A stretch of DNA of 64,000 bases from Bacteroidales bacterium (lineage in GTDB: Bacteria > Bacteroidota > Bacteroidia > Bacteroidales > JAIPAH01), in contig JASMTJ010000093.1 of assembly GCA_041694335.1 (NCBI GenBank), positions 84 to 64,083 of the forward strand. The letters are read 5' to 3'. Made by a program: the position numbers and the translations under genes. The notes under the pieces were generated by a model. It worked only from the letters and a program-made list of their open reading frames with translations, made no database searches and was not told the DNA's origin. Below are positions 19,686 to 27,545 of the stretch, in pieces (position 1 is the first letter of the stretch; the number at the start of each line of letters is the position of its first letter).

Positions 19686-20486
19686 TTACTCATCTTTTGT
19701 TGGAACCCAGTTAGGCTTTCGCTTCTCAAGGAACGCCGCCATGCCTTCCTGCCCCTCTTCAGAAGCACGGATTTCTGCTATCATGCGGGCGGTCTCACTC
19801 AGCGCGGTTTTCATATCCCATTTGTTTGAAACATCATTCAACAGGTTTTTGCAATGCGACATGGCTTTGGGTCCGCTGGTGCGCAGCAGGTCGATTCTTT
19901 CGTTTACGTGCTTTTCCATCTCATCGCCTGCAAAAGATTTGTTGATCAGCTTGTATTCCTCGGCTTCCGGACCTTTGATGCGGCGCCCGGTAAGCATCAG
20001 GTCGCGCGAGCCGAACTCCCCGGTACGCTTCACCACATAGGGAGAGATGCAGGCGGGAACAATCCCGATTTTCACTTCGCTGAGCGAGAAAGTGGTATTT
20101 TCATCCGCGAAAGCGAAATCGCAGGCAGCTAAAAGTCCGTTGGCACCGCCAATGGCAGCGCCGTGCACCATGGCGATGGTAGGCTTGGTGGAGGTGTAAA
20201 TGGCATAAAAACACTTTGACAGGTTGTAGCTTTCGGCATAATTCTGCTCAAAAGTGTAGTCTTTCACACCACTCATCCAGTTGAGGTCGGCACCGGCACA
20301 AAAGGATTTACCACGTCCGCGCAAAATCACCGCCCTGATATCTTCCATCTTATCGATTTCAGAAAAAACATCAATCAGCTCGCTGATCATGGTTTCGTTA
20401 AAGGCATTGTGGATTCGCGGACGATTGAGCCAGACGGTTCCCACATCTTCCTTTTTTTCAAACTCTATGGTTGTGTAATCTTTCAT
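19686..20486 (-). CDS. Enoyl-CoA hydratase/isomerase family (methylglutaconyl-CoA hydratase-like)
   Basis: 266 aa crotonase fold (FCAGADL...AMVHGAAIGGANGLLAACDFAFA). Confidence 0.85.
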   Translation of the reverse strand: MKDYTTIEFEKKEDVGTVWLNRPRIHNAFNETMISELIDVFSEIDKMEDIRAVILRGRGKSFCAGADLNWMSGVKDYTFEQNYAESYNLSKCFYAIYTSTKPTIAMVHGAAIGGANGLLAACDFAFADENTTFSLSEVKIGIVPACISPYVVKRTGEFGSRDLMLTGRRIKGPEAEEYKLINKSFAGDEMEKHVNERIDLLRTSGPKAMSHCKNLLNDVSNKWDMKTALSETARMIAEIRASEEGQEGMAAFLEKRKPNWVPTKDE

Positions 20487-20491
20487 AAGAT

Positions 20492-22429
20492 TTACTTTTT
20501 CTTGTCTTTTTTATGATATTTCTTTTCACATTCATTCTCAATGATGCTGTCCACAATTCCCGGATCGAGGAGTGTGGTGGTATCGCCAAAGTCTTTGGTG
20601 TCTCCTTCGGCAATTTTTCTAAGGATACGACGCATAATTTTCCCGGAGCGTGTTTTAGGCAGTCCTTCCACCAGCCTGATTTCGTCTGGTTTGGCAATGG
20701 GTCCGATAATTTTCTCCACCCCCTTCTTTACGGATGTTTTGATACCTTCCACACCTCCTGTGCTGAGTTCCTGGCAAACCACGAAGGCGAAGATGCCCTG
20801 TCCTTTGACTTTATGCGGATATCCCACTACAGCCGATTCCACCACGAGCGGGTGCTCGTTGATGGCGTTTTCGATTTCTGCTGTTCCAAGACGGTGACCG
20901 GATACGTTGATGACATCATCCACGCGACCAAGGATGCGGTAGTAGCCGTCCTCATCGCGCTTGACGCCATCACCGGTAAAGTAATACCCTTTGTACTGCG
21001 AGAAGTATGTTTTTTTGTAGCGTTTGTGATCGCCCCACACTGTGCGTGCCATCCCCGGCCACGGGAATTTGATGCACAGGTTGCCTTCCACGCTTTTTCC
21101 CGACTGCTCTTTGCCGTCGCCATTCATGATGGCTGGCTGTATACCCACAAAAGGCAGCGTGGCATAGGAAGGTTTGGTCGGGGTGATACCGGCCAGAGGG
21201 CTAATCATGATGCCACCGGTTTCGGTTTGCCACCAGGTGTCAACAATCGGGCAGCGGCTCTGACCCACAAAGTCGTGATACCAGTGCCATGCCTCCTCGT
21301 TGATAGGCTCTCCCACAGAACCCAACACTTTGAGTGAACTTAAGTCTTTGCCTGCGAAAGGTTTTTGTCCGTAACCCATCAGGGCGCGGATAGCTGTGGG
21401 GGCGGTGTAAAACTGATTCACCTTGTATTTTTCCACGATATCCCAGAAGCGCCCGGCATCAGGGTAGGTGGGCGTTCCTTCGTACATGACAGTGGTGGCG
21501 CCTGCCAGCAACGGACCATAAACGATGTAGCTGTGCCCGGTTATCCAGCCAATGTCGGCGGAGCAGAAAAAGACGTCTCCGTCGCTGTACTGGAAAATGT
21601 TTTTAAAGCTGTAAGAGGTATACACCATGTATCCTGCTGTGGAGTGCACCAGGCCTTTGGGTTGTCCGGTGGAGCCTGAGGTGTAGAGGATAAAGAGCGG
21701 ATCTTCCGATTCCATCACCTCGGCATCATTTTCTTTGGAGATGCCTTTCAGGGCATCTTCGAGCCAGATATCGCGATCTTCCATAAAGGCGACCTTTTGT
21801 CCGGTGCGCCTGATGACCAGGATGTTCTTCACGGTGTTGCAATCGCAGTTGTCCATGGCCTCATCGATAATTTCCTTGAGTGGGATAGTCTTGGTGCCGC
21901 GGAAACCGCCATCGGATGTGATTATCATTTTGGCTCCGGCATCTTTCACGCGGTCAGCTACCGCATTCACCGAGAATCCGGCGAAAATCACCGAATGAAT
22001 CGCGCCAATGCGGGCACAGGCCAGCATGGCAATCGTCAACTCAGGAATCATCGGGAGGTAAATCACCACGCGATCGCCTTTACGGATGCCTTTGCTCAGC
22101 AGCATGTTGGCAAACACACGCACCTCATCGTAAAGCTCTTTGTAGGTGTAGACTTTTTGCTTTTCTTTTGGATTGTTTGGCTCCCAGATAAGTGCCGGCT
22201 GGTTTTTGCGCTCAAACATGTGGCGCTCGAAAATATTTTCGGTGATGTTCAGCTTCCCGTTAAGGAACCACTTTACATCGGGTTTTTCGAAATCCCATTC
22301 CAGCACCTTGTCAAATTTCTTTTGCCAGTAAAAGGTCTCCGCTATCGAACCCCAGAAATCTTCGGGGTGGCTAACGCTTTTCTGGTATTCATAAATAAAG
22401 CCTCCGAGTGTGGTTATTTTATTCGTCAT
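20492..22429 (-). CDS. acs: Acetyl-CoA synthetase (AMP-forming)
   Basis: 645 aa. ACS-type N-terminus (PEDFWGSIAETFYWQKKF), AMP-binding motif YTSGSTGQPKG, C-terminal SGKIMRRILRKI. Confidence 0.85.
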   Translation of the reverse strand: MTNKITTLGGFIYEYQKSVSHPEDFWGSIAETFYWQKKFDKVLEWDFEKPDVKWFLNGKLNITENIFERHMFERKNQPALIWEPNNPKEKQKVYTYKELYDEVRVFANMLLSKGIRKGDRVVIYLPMIPELTIAMLACARIGAIHSVIFAGFSVNAVADRVKDAGAKMIITSDGGFRGTKTIPLKEIIDEAMDNCDCNTVKNILVIRRTGQKVAFMEDRDIWLEDALKGISKENDAEVMESEDPLFILYTSGSTGQPKGLVHSTAGYMVYTSYSFKNIFQYSDGDVFFCSADIGWITGHSYIVYGPLLAGATTVMYEGTPTYPDAGRFWDIVEKYKVNQFYTAPTAIRALMGYGQKPFAGKDLSSLKVLGSVGEPINEEAWHWYHDFVGQSRCPIVDTWWQTETGGIMISPLAGITPTKPSYATLPFVGIQPAIMNGDGKEQSGKSVEGNLCIKFPWPGMARTVWGDHKRYKKTYFSQYKGYYFTGDGVKRDEDGYYRILGRVDDVINVSGHRLGTAEIENAINEHPLVVESAVVGYPHKVKGQGIFAFVVCQELSTGGVEGIKTSVKKGVEKIIGPIAKPDEIRLVEGLPKTRSGKIMRRILRKIAEGDTKDFGDTTTLLDPGIVDSIIENECEKKYHKKDKKK

Positions 22430-22461
22430 AGTCGTTAGTTTTATGGTTAGGTTATTTCTAT

Positions 22462-24069
22462 TTACATCCTGTAAACTCCGTTATCGGGCTCAGGGAAAGG
22501 TTGGTTCAGTGACGCAGCCAGTCCCATAGCCAGCACCAACCGCGTATCAGCCGGGTCGATAATGCCATCGTCCCAGATTCTGGAGGTGCTGTAATATGCC
22601 GAGCCTTCTTCTTCATACTTTTTCAGGATTTCCTTCCGGATTTTTTCGCGCTCTTCATCCGATAAGGATTTCCCTTTTGCTTTCAGCTGATCTTCTTTTA
22701 CGGTAATCAATACGTTGGCAGCCTGCTCGCCGCCCATCACTGAAATTTTGGCGTTGGGCCACATAAACAGTAATCGCGGTTCGTAGGCGCGTCCGGCCAT
22801 GGCATAGTTTCCGGCGCCGAACGAACCTCCGGTCACTACCGTAAATTTCGGAACATTCGCTGTTGCCACCGCATGCACCAGCTTAGCGCCGTCGCGGGCA
22901 ATGCCGCCATGCTCGTATTCTTTCCCGACCATAAAGCCGGTGATGTTTTGCAAAAAGACAATGGGGATTTTGCGGTGTTTGCACAGCTCAATAAAATGCG
23001 CTCCTTTGCGGGATGATTCGGCAAAGAGTATTCCATTGTTGGCCAGTATACCGACAGGGTATCCCATGATGTGAGCAAATCCGGTGATCAGCGTGGGCGC
23101 ATAGCGGGCCTTGAATTCATGGAACTTGCTGCCATCGACAATGCGCGCGATGATTTCGCGGGCATCCACCGGTTTCTTGAAATCGAGTGGTGCGATGCCG
23201 TATAGTTCCTGTGCATCGTATTTCGGATCTTCAGGTTCCTGCATCTCCAGCTCCTGCTTTTTGGGCTTTTCGAGCGTGCTGAAGATATTTCGACAGATCT
23301 GGATAGCATGCTGATCATTCTCAGCAAAGTGGTCGGCCACGCCGGAGATGGAGGTGTGCACCTCCGCACCTCCCAGCTCCTCAGCCGGAACATCCTCGCC
23401 GGTAGCGGCTTTCACCAACGGCGGGCCGCCAATAAATATCGTTCCCTGCTCCTTGACAATGATTGTTTCATCGCTCATGGCCGGAACATAGGCCCCACCG
23501 GCAGTGCAGGAACCCATCACGATGGCAATCTGAGGAATGCCCTTCGCCGACATCTGCGACTGGTTGAAAAAGAATCGTCCGAAATCATGCTTATCCGCAA
23601 ATACATTGGCTTGCTCGGGAAGAAAAACCCCTCCGGAATCCACCATGTAGACCACCGGCAAGTGATTTTCCAGGGCAATCTCCTGTGCGCGCACATGCTT
23701 TTTAATGGTTTCGGCCACATAGGTTCCGCCTTTAACCGTGGCATCGTTGGCGATAATCACGGTTTCGCGGCCTCTAACCACCCCAATTCCGGTAACAATT
23801 CCAGCCGAGGGAAACTGATCGTCATACTGTCCGTTGGCTGCCAGGGTTGACAATTCAAGAAAAGGGGTGTTGCGATCTGTGAGCAGATCGATGCGTTCGC
23901 GCGCCAGAAGCTTTTTCCGTTTTTTATGACGTGCAGTGGCTTTTTCACCGCCTCCCTTACGCGCCTCGCGCAGAGACGCCTTAAATTGATTGACTATCTC
24001 CCTATATTTTGCAGCATTCTCCGCAAACGTTTGAGATTTTGTATCGATGTTAGATGAAATTGGAAACAA
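22462..24069 (-). CDS. Acyl-CoA carboxylase beta subunit (carboxyltransferase), methylcrotonyl/geranyl-CoA carboxylase type
   Basis: 535 aa carboxyl-transferase domains. The only start available in frame is TTG at 24069; an in-frame stop lies 4 codons upstream and there is no nearby ATG. Confidence 0.88.
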   Translation of the reverse strand: MFPISSNIDTKSQTFAENAAKYREIVNQFKASLREARKGGGEKATARHKKRKKLLARERIDLLTDRNTPFLELSTLAANGQYDDQFPSAGIVTGIGVVRGRETVIIANDATVKGGTYVAETIKKHVRAQEIALENHLPVVYMVDSGGVFLPEQANVFADKHDFGRFFFNQSQMSAKGIPQIAIVMGSCTAGGAYVPAMSDETIIVKEQGTIFIGGPPLVKAATGEDVPAEELGGAEVHTSISGVADHFAENDQHAIQICRNIFSTLEKPKKQELEMQEPEDPKYDAQELYGIAPLDFKKPVDAREIIARIVDGSKFHEFKARYAPTLITGFAHIMGYPVGILANNGILFAESSRKGAHFIELCKHRKIPIVFLQNITGFMVGKEYEHGGIARDGAKLVHAVATANVPKFTVVTGGSFGAGNYAMAGRAYEPRLLFMWPNAKISVMGGEQAANVLITVKEDQLKAKGKSLSDEEREKIRKEILKKYEEEGSAYYSTSRIWDDGIIDPADTRLVLAMGLAASLNQPFPEPDNGVYRM

Positions 24070-24540
24070 AGCCTGATAGATTTAGTTATTGAAATATATT
24101 TGATGATTCAGACTATTAACGCCTCAAATTGCTTTTTTGTTTTGAACCATTTTGTACTGATTGTTCTAAAAAGGAGAATGCATTTTTTACAGGCCAATAG
24201 CAAGCCTATCCTGTAAAAGAAAGCATGAATTGGCAATCACAATACTGTTGCGCGTGCTGCGGCAACTCCACAACAAGGCTGGAAAGGGCATAGCTTAGTT
24301 TCCTTGATCATACAATTCTCATATCGAAGGGAAGCTCCGGAGTGTTTTGATATGCCTGCAGCGCTCAGCGACACTACCGCAGGCTGCCGGAAGTCGTCCA
24401 CGTAAAACAATGACCCTGCCTCACCCTGAAGAAGGCTTATCCGTAGCTTATGATGCTACCATTACGGACTGTGTTGATGTTTTCGCAGCTGCGGATGATA
24501 TGACCACAGACTGATCTGGTCTCTCCACATGACGGGCAAG

Positions 24541-24810
24541 TATCATAACGGATAGTGGGAAACCATCCGTATCATGGGCAAGCATCATAACGGTCTTTAG
24601 GGGAGCCTCTGCAAGGTTGGCTGATATCAACACGCTCTGTGGTGGCCCTGTATACACACGTGATTGATATCATAACGGACAGTGGGAAACCATCCGTATC
24701 ATGGGCAAGCATCATAACGGTCTTTAGGGGAGCCTCTGCAAGGTTGGCTGATATCAACACGCTCTGTGGTAGTCCTGTATACACACGTGTTTGATATCAT
24801 AACGGTTAGT
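24541..24810. repeat. 127-bp tandem direct repeat, 2 full copies plus a 16-nt third start
   Basis: Copy 1 is 24541-24667, copy 2 is 24668-24794 (4 mismatches in 127), and a partial copy runs 24795-24810. It is non-coding because the period is not a multiple of 3. Confidence 0.95.
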
Positions 24811-24907
24811 ATCTCTGATACAGCAAGTGCAACTTCATGCTGAGAATATCCCAATCTATGTTCTGCGAAAGAAATTATCTTTATTTTCGTTACGGAAAAG
24901 GTGTTTT

Positions 24908-26806
24908 ATGGTTGTTGGAACGATCTCTTTCGATTTTGATTATCTCCCTTTGCTCATTGTGGTGGCGATAGGTTGGGCCACACCCATGCTGATGAATATG
25001 CTCAACCTGAAGCGGGCACCTACTGTGGTGGCAGAAATGATTGCCGGATATTTTATTGGTCACTTCCTGTTTGACCTTTCGGCAACCTCCAGTGAGCATG
25101 TCCTGAATTTTGCTGCCCTTTCGGGATTTATCCTGTTGATGTTTCAGAGTGGCCTGGAGATCGATGTCAAAAAAATCAGGTTCAACCTACCCTCCAAAGA
25201 AGACCGTTTCCAGTCATGGATGACCAATCCATTGATTTCAGGGCTTATCATTTTTTTCCTGACGCTCTTGCTTTCGTTTGCTGCTGCGCTGCTGCTAAGC
25301 AACCTTGTTCAGATAAAAAACACCTGGTATTTTGCTTTGATCATGGTGACAACTTCGGTGGGTATTATTCTCCCCGTTTTGAAAAACAGCGGCGAAACAG
25401 ATACACTCTACGGCCAGATGCTCATCACCGGCAGCGCCATTGCTGATATTCTCAGCATCCTGCTTTTTACCTTTACAGCTTTCATTTTGCGTCATGGTTT
25501 TCAGTGGAATATTTTCCTTGTTTTACTACTGTTTGTGGCGTTTTATCTTTTCTATTACCTTGGAGTGCGCATCAACCGAAACACTATTTTTAAAAAACTG
25601 ATTTACGAGCTGTCACATGCTGCCTCGCAGATTAAGGTGCGCGGAACAATTTTATTGATTTTAGCTTTTGTGGTGCTTTCGCAGCAGATGGGCGAAGAGG
25701 TGATGCTGCTCGGTGCTTTCCTTAGCGGGATTTTGCTCTCGGGGTTTATCAACAAGGAGCGCGATCTGCTGGTGCAAAAAATAGACGGAATAGGGTATGG
25801 TTTTTTTATTCCCATTTTCTTCATCATGGTGGGTGCGCGTTTCGATGCTACTGCCATCAGTAAGATAGACGGATCGGTATTTACCTTCCTGGTCTTAATC
25901 CTGCTGACCTTGTATGCTGTGAAAATCCTGCCGGCGCTCATTCTCAAAAAACAGTTTGGATGGCGAAAATCCATTGCCGCAGGAATCCTTTTATCGTCGC
26001 GCCTCAGCCTGATTATTGCCGCAGCCACCATCGGGCTCGATCTGGATATTATTTCTGAGCAGACTAATGCAGTATTCATCCTGATGGCCGTCATCACCTG
26101 CTTGCTGTCGCCGGTGCTTTACAACCAGATTGCCCTTCGCAATCCGCTGCAAGGCGATAAAACAATCATTGTGGGAGGAAGCAGCACGGCCGTATTGCTG
26201 GCGCGGCGACTGAAAATGCACGGGAAAAAGTCGGTCATTATCGAGTCGGACAATTTCCGTTACCGGGAAATTATACAGAAAGGTCTGATGGCGATTTACG
26301 GTAACGGCCTTTACCGTGAAGTGTACCAAAAAGCAGGGCTAAAACACAGCGACCATGTGGTGGTGCTTACTCCCAACAATGATCTTAACCTTAAAATCAG
26401 TCGCTTCCTGCGAAAGGAGCTGCATCACGAAAAAATTATCACCAAATCGAACAGTCAGAAGCTGGAAGAGCAACTCAACTACATGGAAGTAAAGTTTCTG
26501 GATGTAACACGCACCCTGGCCACAGCGCTCGAAAACCACATTCTTCGTCCAACCGCCTACCGGGCTTTGGTGGAAACGTTTGAGAATTTCAACATCGAAG
26601 AGGTCACCATGACCAATCCCAACTACGACCATGTTCAGATTAAAGAAATGCCACTGCATCCGGATGTTTCGTTTTTACTTTTCAAGCATGATGATGTAAT
26701 GGATCTTCCGCACGGAAATACCCGGCTGCATGTGGGAGATACGGTTTTTGTTTTTGGAACAGACAGTGCACTTCAGGATACACGGACAAAACTGATATAC
26801 TCCTGA
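24908..26806 (+). CDS. Cation:proton antiporter (CPA2/Kef-like) with C-terminal TrkA/RCK domains
   Basis: About 12 TM helices, then a soluble domain (TIIVGGSSTAVLLARRL...) and a TrkA-C-like end. Start moved to the ATG at 24908 (MVVGTISFDF...). Confidence 0.8.
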   Translation: MVVGTISFDFDYLPLLIVVAIGWATPMLMNMLNLKRAPTVVAEMIAGYFIGHFLFDLSATSSEHVLNFAALSGFILLMFQSGLEIDVKKIRFNLPSKEDRFQSWMTNPLISGLIIFFLTLLLSFAAALLLSNLVQIKNTWYFALIMVTTSVGIILPVLKNSGETDTLYGQMLITGSAIADILSILLFTFTAFILRHGFQWNIFLVLLLFVAFYLFYYLGVRINRNTIFKKLIYELSHAASQIKVRGTILLILAFVVLSQQMGEEVMLLGAFLSGILLSGFINKERDLLVQKIDGIGYGFFIPIFFIMVGARFDATAISKIDGSVFTFLVLILLTLYAVKILPALILKKQFGWRKSIAAGILLSSRLSLIIAAATIGLDLDIISEQTNAVFILMAVITCLLSPVLYNQIALRNPLQGDKTIIVGGSSTAVLLARRLKMHGKKSVIIESDNFRYREIIQKGLMAIYGNGLYREVYQKAGLKHSDHVVVLTPNNDLNLKISRFLRKELHHEKIITKSNSQKLEEQLNYMEVKFLDVTRTLATALENHILRPTAYRALVETFENFNIEEVTMTNPNYDHVQIKEMPLHPDVSFLLFKHDDVMDLPHGNTRLHVGDTVFVFGTDSALQDTRTKLIYS

Positions 26807-26900
26807 TTAAAGTATTTCTGCATATGATTAGAGCGATTAAATAAAGTTGGTTTTGTGCTGATTTCAGATATTTTTACTTTCTTCACAAAAATTTCAAACT

Positions 26901-27236
26901 ATGAATCCATTAAAAAGTGCTTCACCCATTGCCTCGTGGTTTTTGCGTATTGCAATGGCCGTGTATGCTTATGTAAATTACTTCGACACTTTTATGACCT
27001 TCTCCTTCAATGGACCAGGCTACTTCATTGCGGCAGCTTTTGTTGTTTTCACCTTTATGTTGCTGGCCGGAGGTTTTGTTAAGAAAAGCCAGACATCAGC
27101 ACTTGCAGGCCTGTTAATTGCGGTCCTTTCCGTATTCCTGATGGTATACAACGGGTTCAGCGCCGATAAGCTTTTAATGCACTTTATTCCTTTTTCGCTG
27201 GGATTTAACTTTTTAGCTAAGGGAAATCAAAAGTAG
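26901..27236 (+). CDS. Small integral membrane protein, family unknown
   Basis: 111 aa with four hydrophobic segments. Placed 5 nt upstream of the Pmp3-like ORF. Confidence 0.5.
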   Translation: MNPLKSASPIASWFLRIAMAVYAYVNYFDTFMTFSFNGPGYFIAAAFVVFTFMLLAGGFVKKSQTSALAGLLIAVLSVFLMVYNGFSADKLLMHFIPFSLGFNFLAKGNQK

Positions 27237-27241
27237 AAAAC

Positions 27242-27403
27242 ATGGCTGATTTAGTACGTATCATTTTCGCAATCATTTTACCACCACTCGGGGTGTTCTT
27301 ACAAGTGGGCATCGGTAAAGATTTCTGGATAAACATCCTGCTGACAATCCTGGGTTATATTCCGGGCATTGTGCATGCGGTGTGGATTATTGCAAGGAAA
27401 TAA
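27242..27403 (+). CDS. Pmp3/YqaE (UPF0057) proteolipid membrane-potential modulator, 53 aa
   Basis: Not in the ORF track because it is under 60 aa. Translates to MADLVRIIFAIILPPLGVFLQVGIGKDFWINILLTILGYIPGIVHAVWIIARK, a typical two-helix Pmp3 signature (LPPLGV...LGYIPG..HA). Confidence 0.75.
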   Translation: MADLVRIIFAIILPPLGVFLQVGIGKDFWINILLTILGYIPGIVHAVWIIARK

Positions 27404-27437
27404 ATCAATGCACCTTCTTTAATCAATCTTAGCTGTG

Positions 27438-27445
27438 TATTTTTG
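27438..27445 (+). promoter_or_regulatory. Possible -7 box upstream of the peptidase gene
   Basis: TATTTTTG lies 101 nt upstream of the ATG at 27546. The distance is long, so this is a weak call. Confidence 0.25.
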
Positions 27446-27545
27446 TGAAACACGGAATAATTCCTTTTCCTGAAAAAGGATATTGCCGGACTGTTTACAC
27501 GATTTTACTTGTTTTCATTATTCTAACTGCATAAAAAACAAAACT

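Noticed and set aside
20513-21337. 274-aa plus-strand ORF antisense to acs.
   Set aside because: Shadow ORF inside a confidently identified acs gene, with no recognisable domains.
24497-24720. Resemblance to known riboswitch cores: GGGGAG plus GGCAAG (yybP-ykoY Mn2+-like) and CTGATCTGG (TPP-like).
   Set aside because: Only isolated 6-9-mers match. The required flanking conserved helices and partner motifs could not be found by eye. Near-identical duplication argues for a recent repeat rather than a conserved aptamer. A covariance-model scan is needed before any such call.
24448-24784. Two listed minus-strand ORFs (24448..24657 and 24572..24784) with near-identical peptides (MYTG.PQSVLISANLAEAPLKTVMMLAHDTDGFPLSVMI).
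   Set aside because: They are artefacts of the 127-bp tandem repeat. The period is not divisible by 3, so a continuous repeat-domain protein is impossible. They overlap each other and show no start context or recognisable fold.
24541-24810. Possible CRISPR array.
   Set aside because: The repeat units are directly contiguous with no unique spacers. The unit length of 127 bp is far outside CRISPR repeat size, and no cas genes are present in the window.
24827-24907. N-terminal extensions in the ORF track for the antiporter (24827). The same issue affects the peptidase (27483, TTG), thioesterase (to 37667), kinase (41431, TTG), aconitase (to 15789), YciI-like gene (to 52067), lptC (2244) and menC (31827, TTG).
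   Set aside because: The extensions precede obvious signal peptides or first TM helices, use rare start codons, or overlap a terminator hairpin or a divergent gene. Internal ATG starts give standard N-termini.
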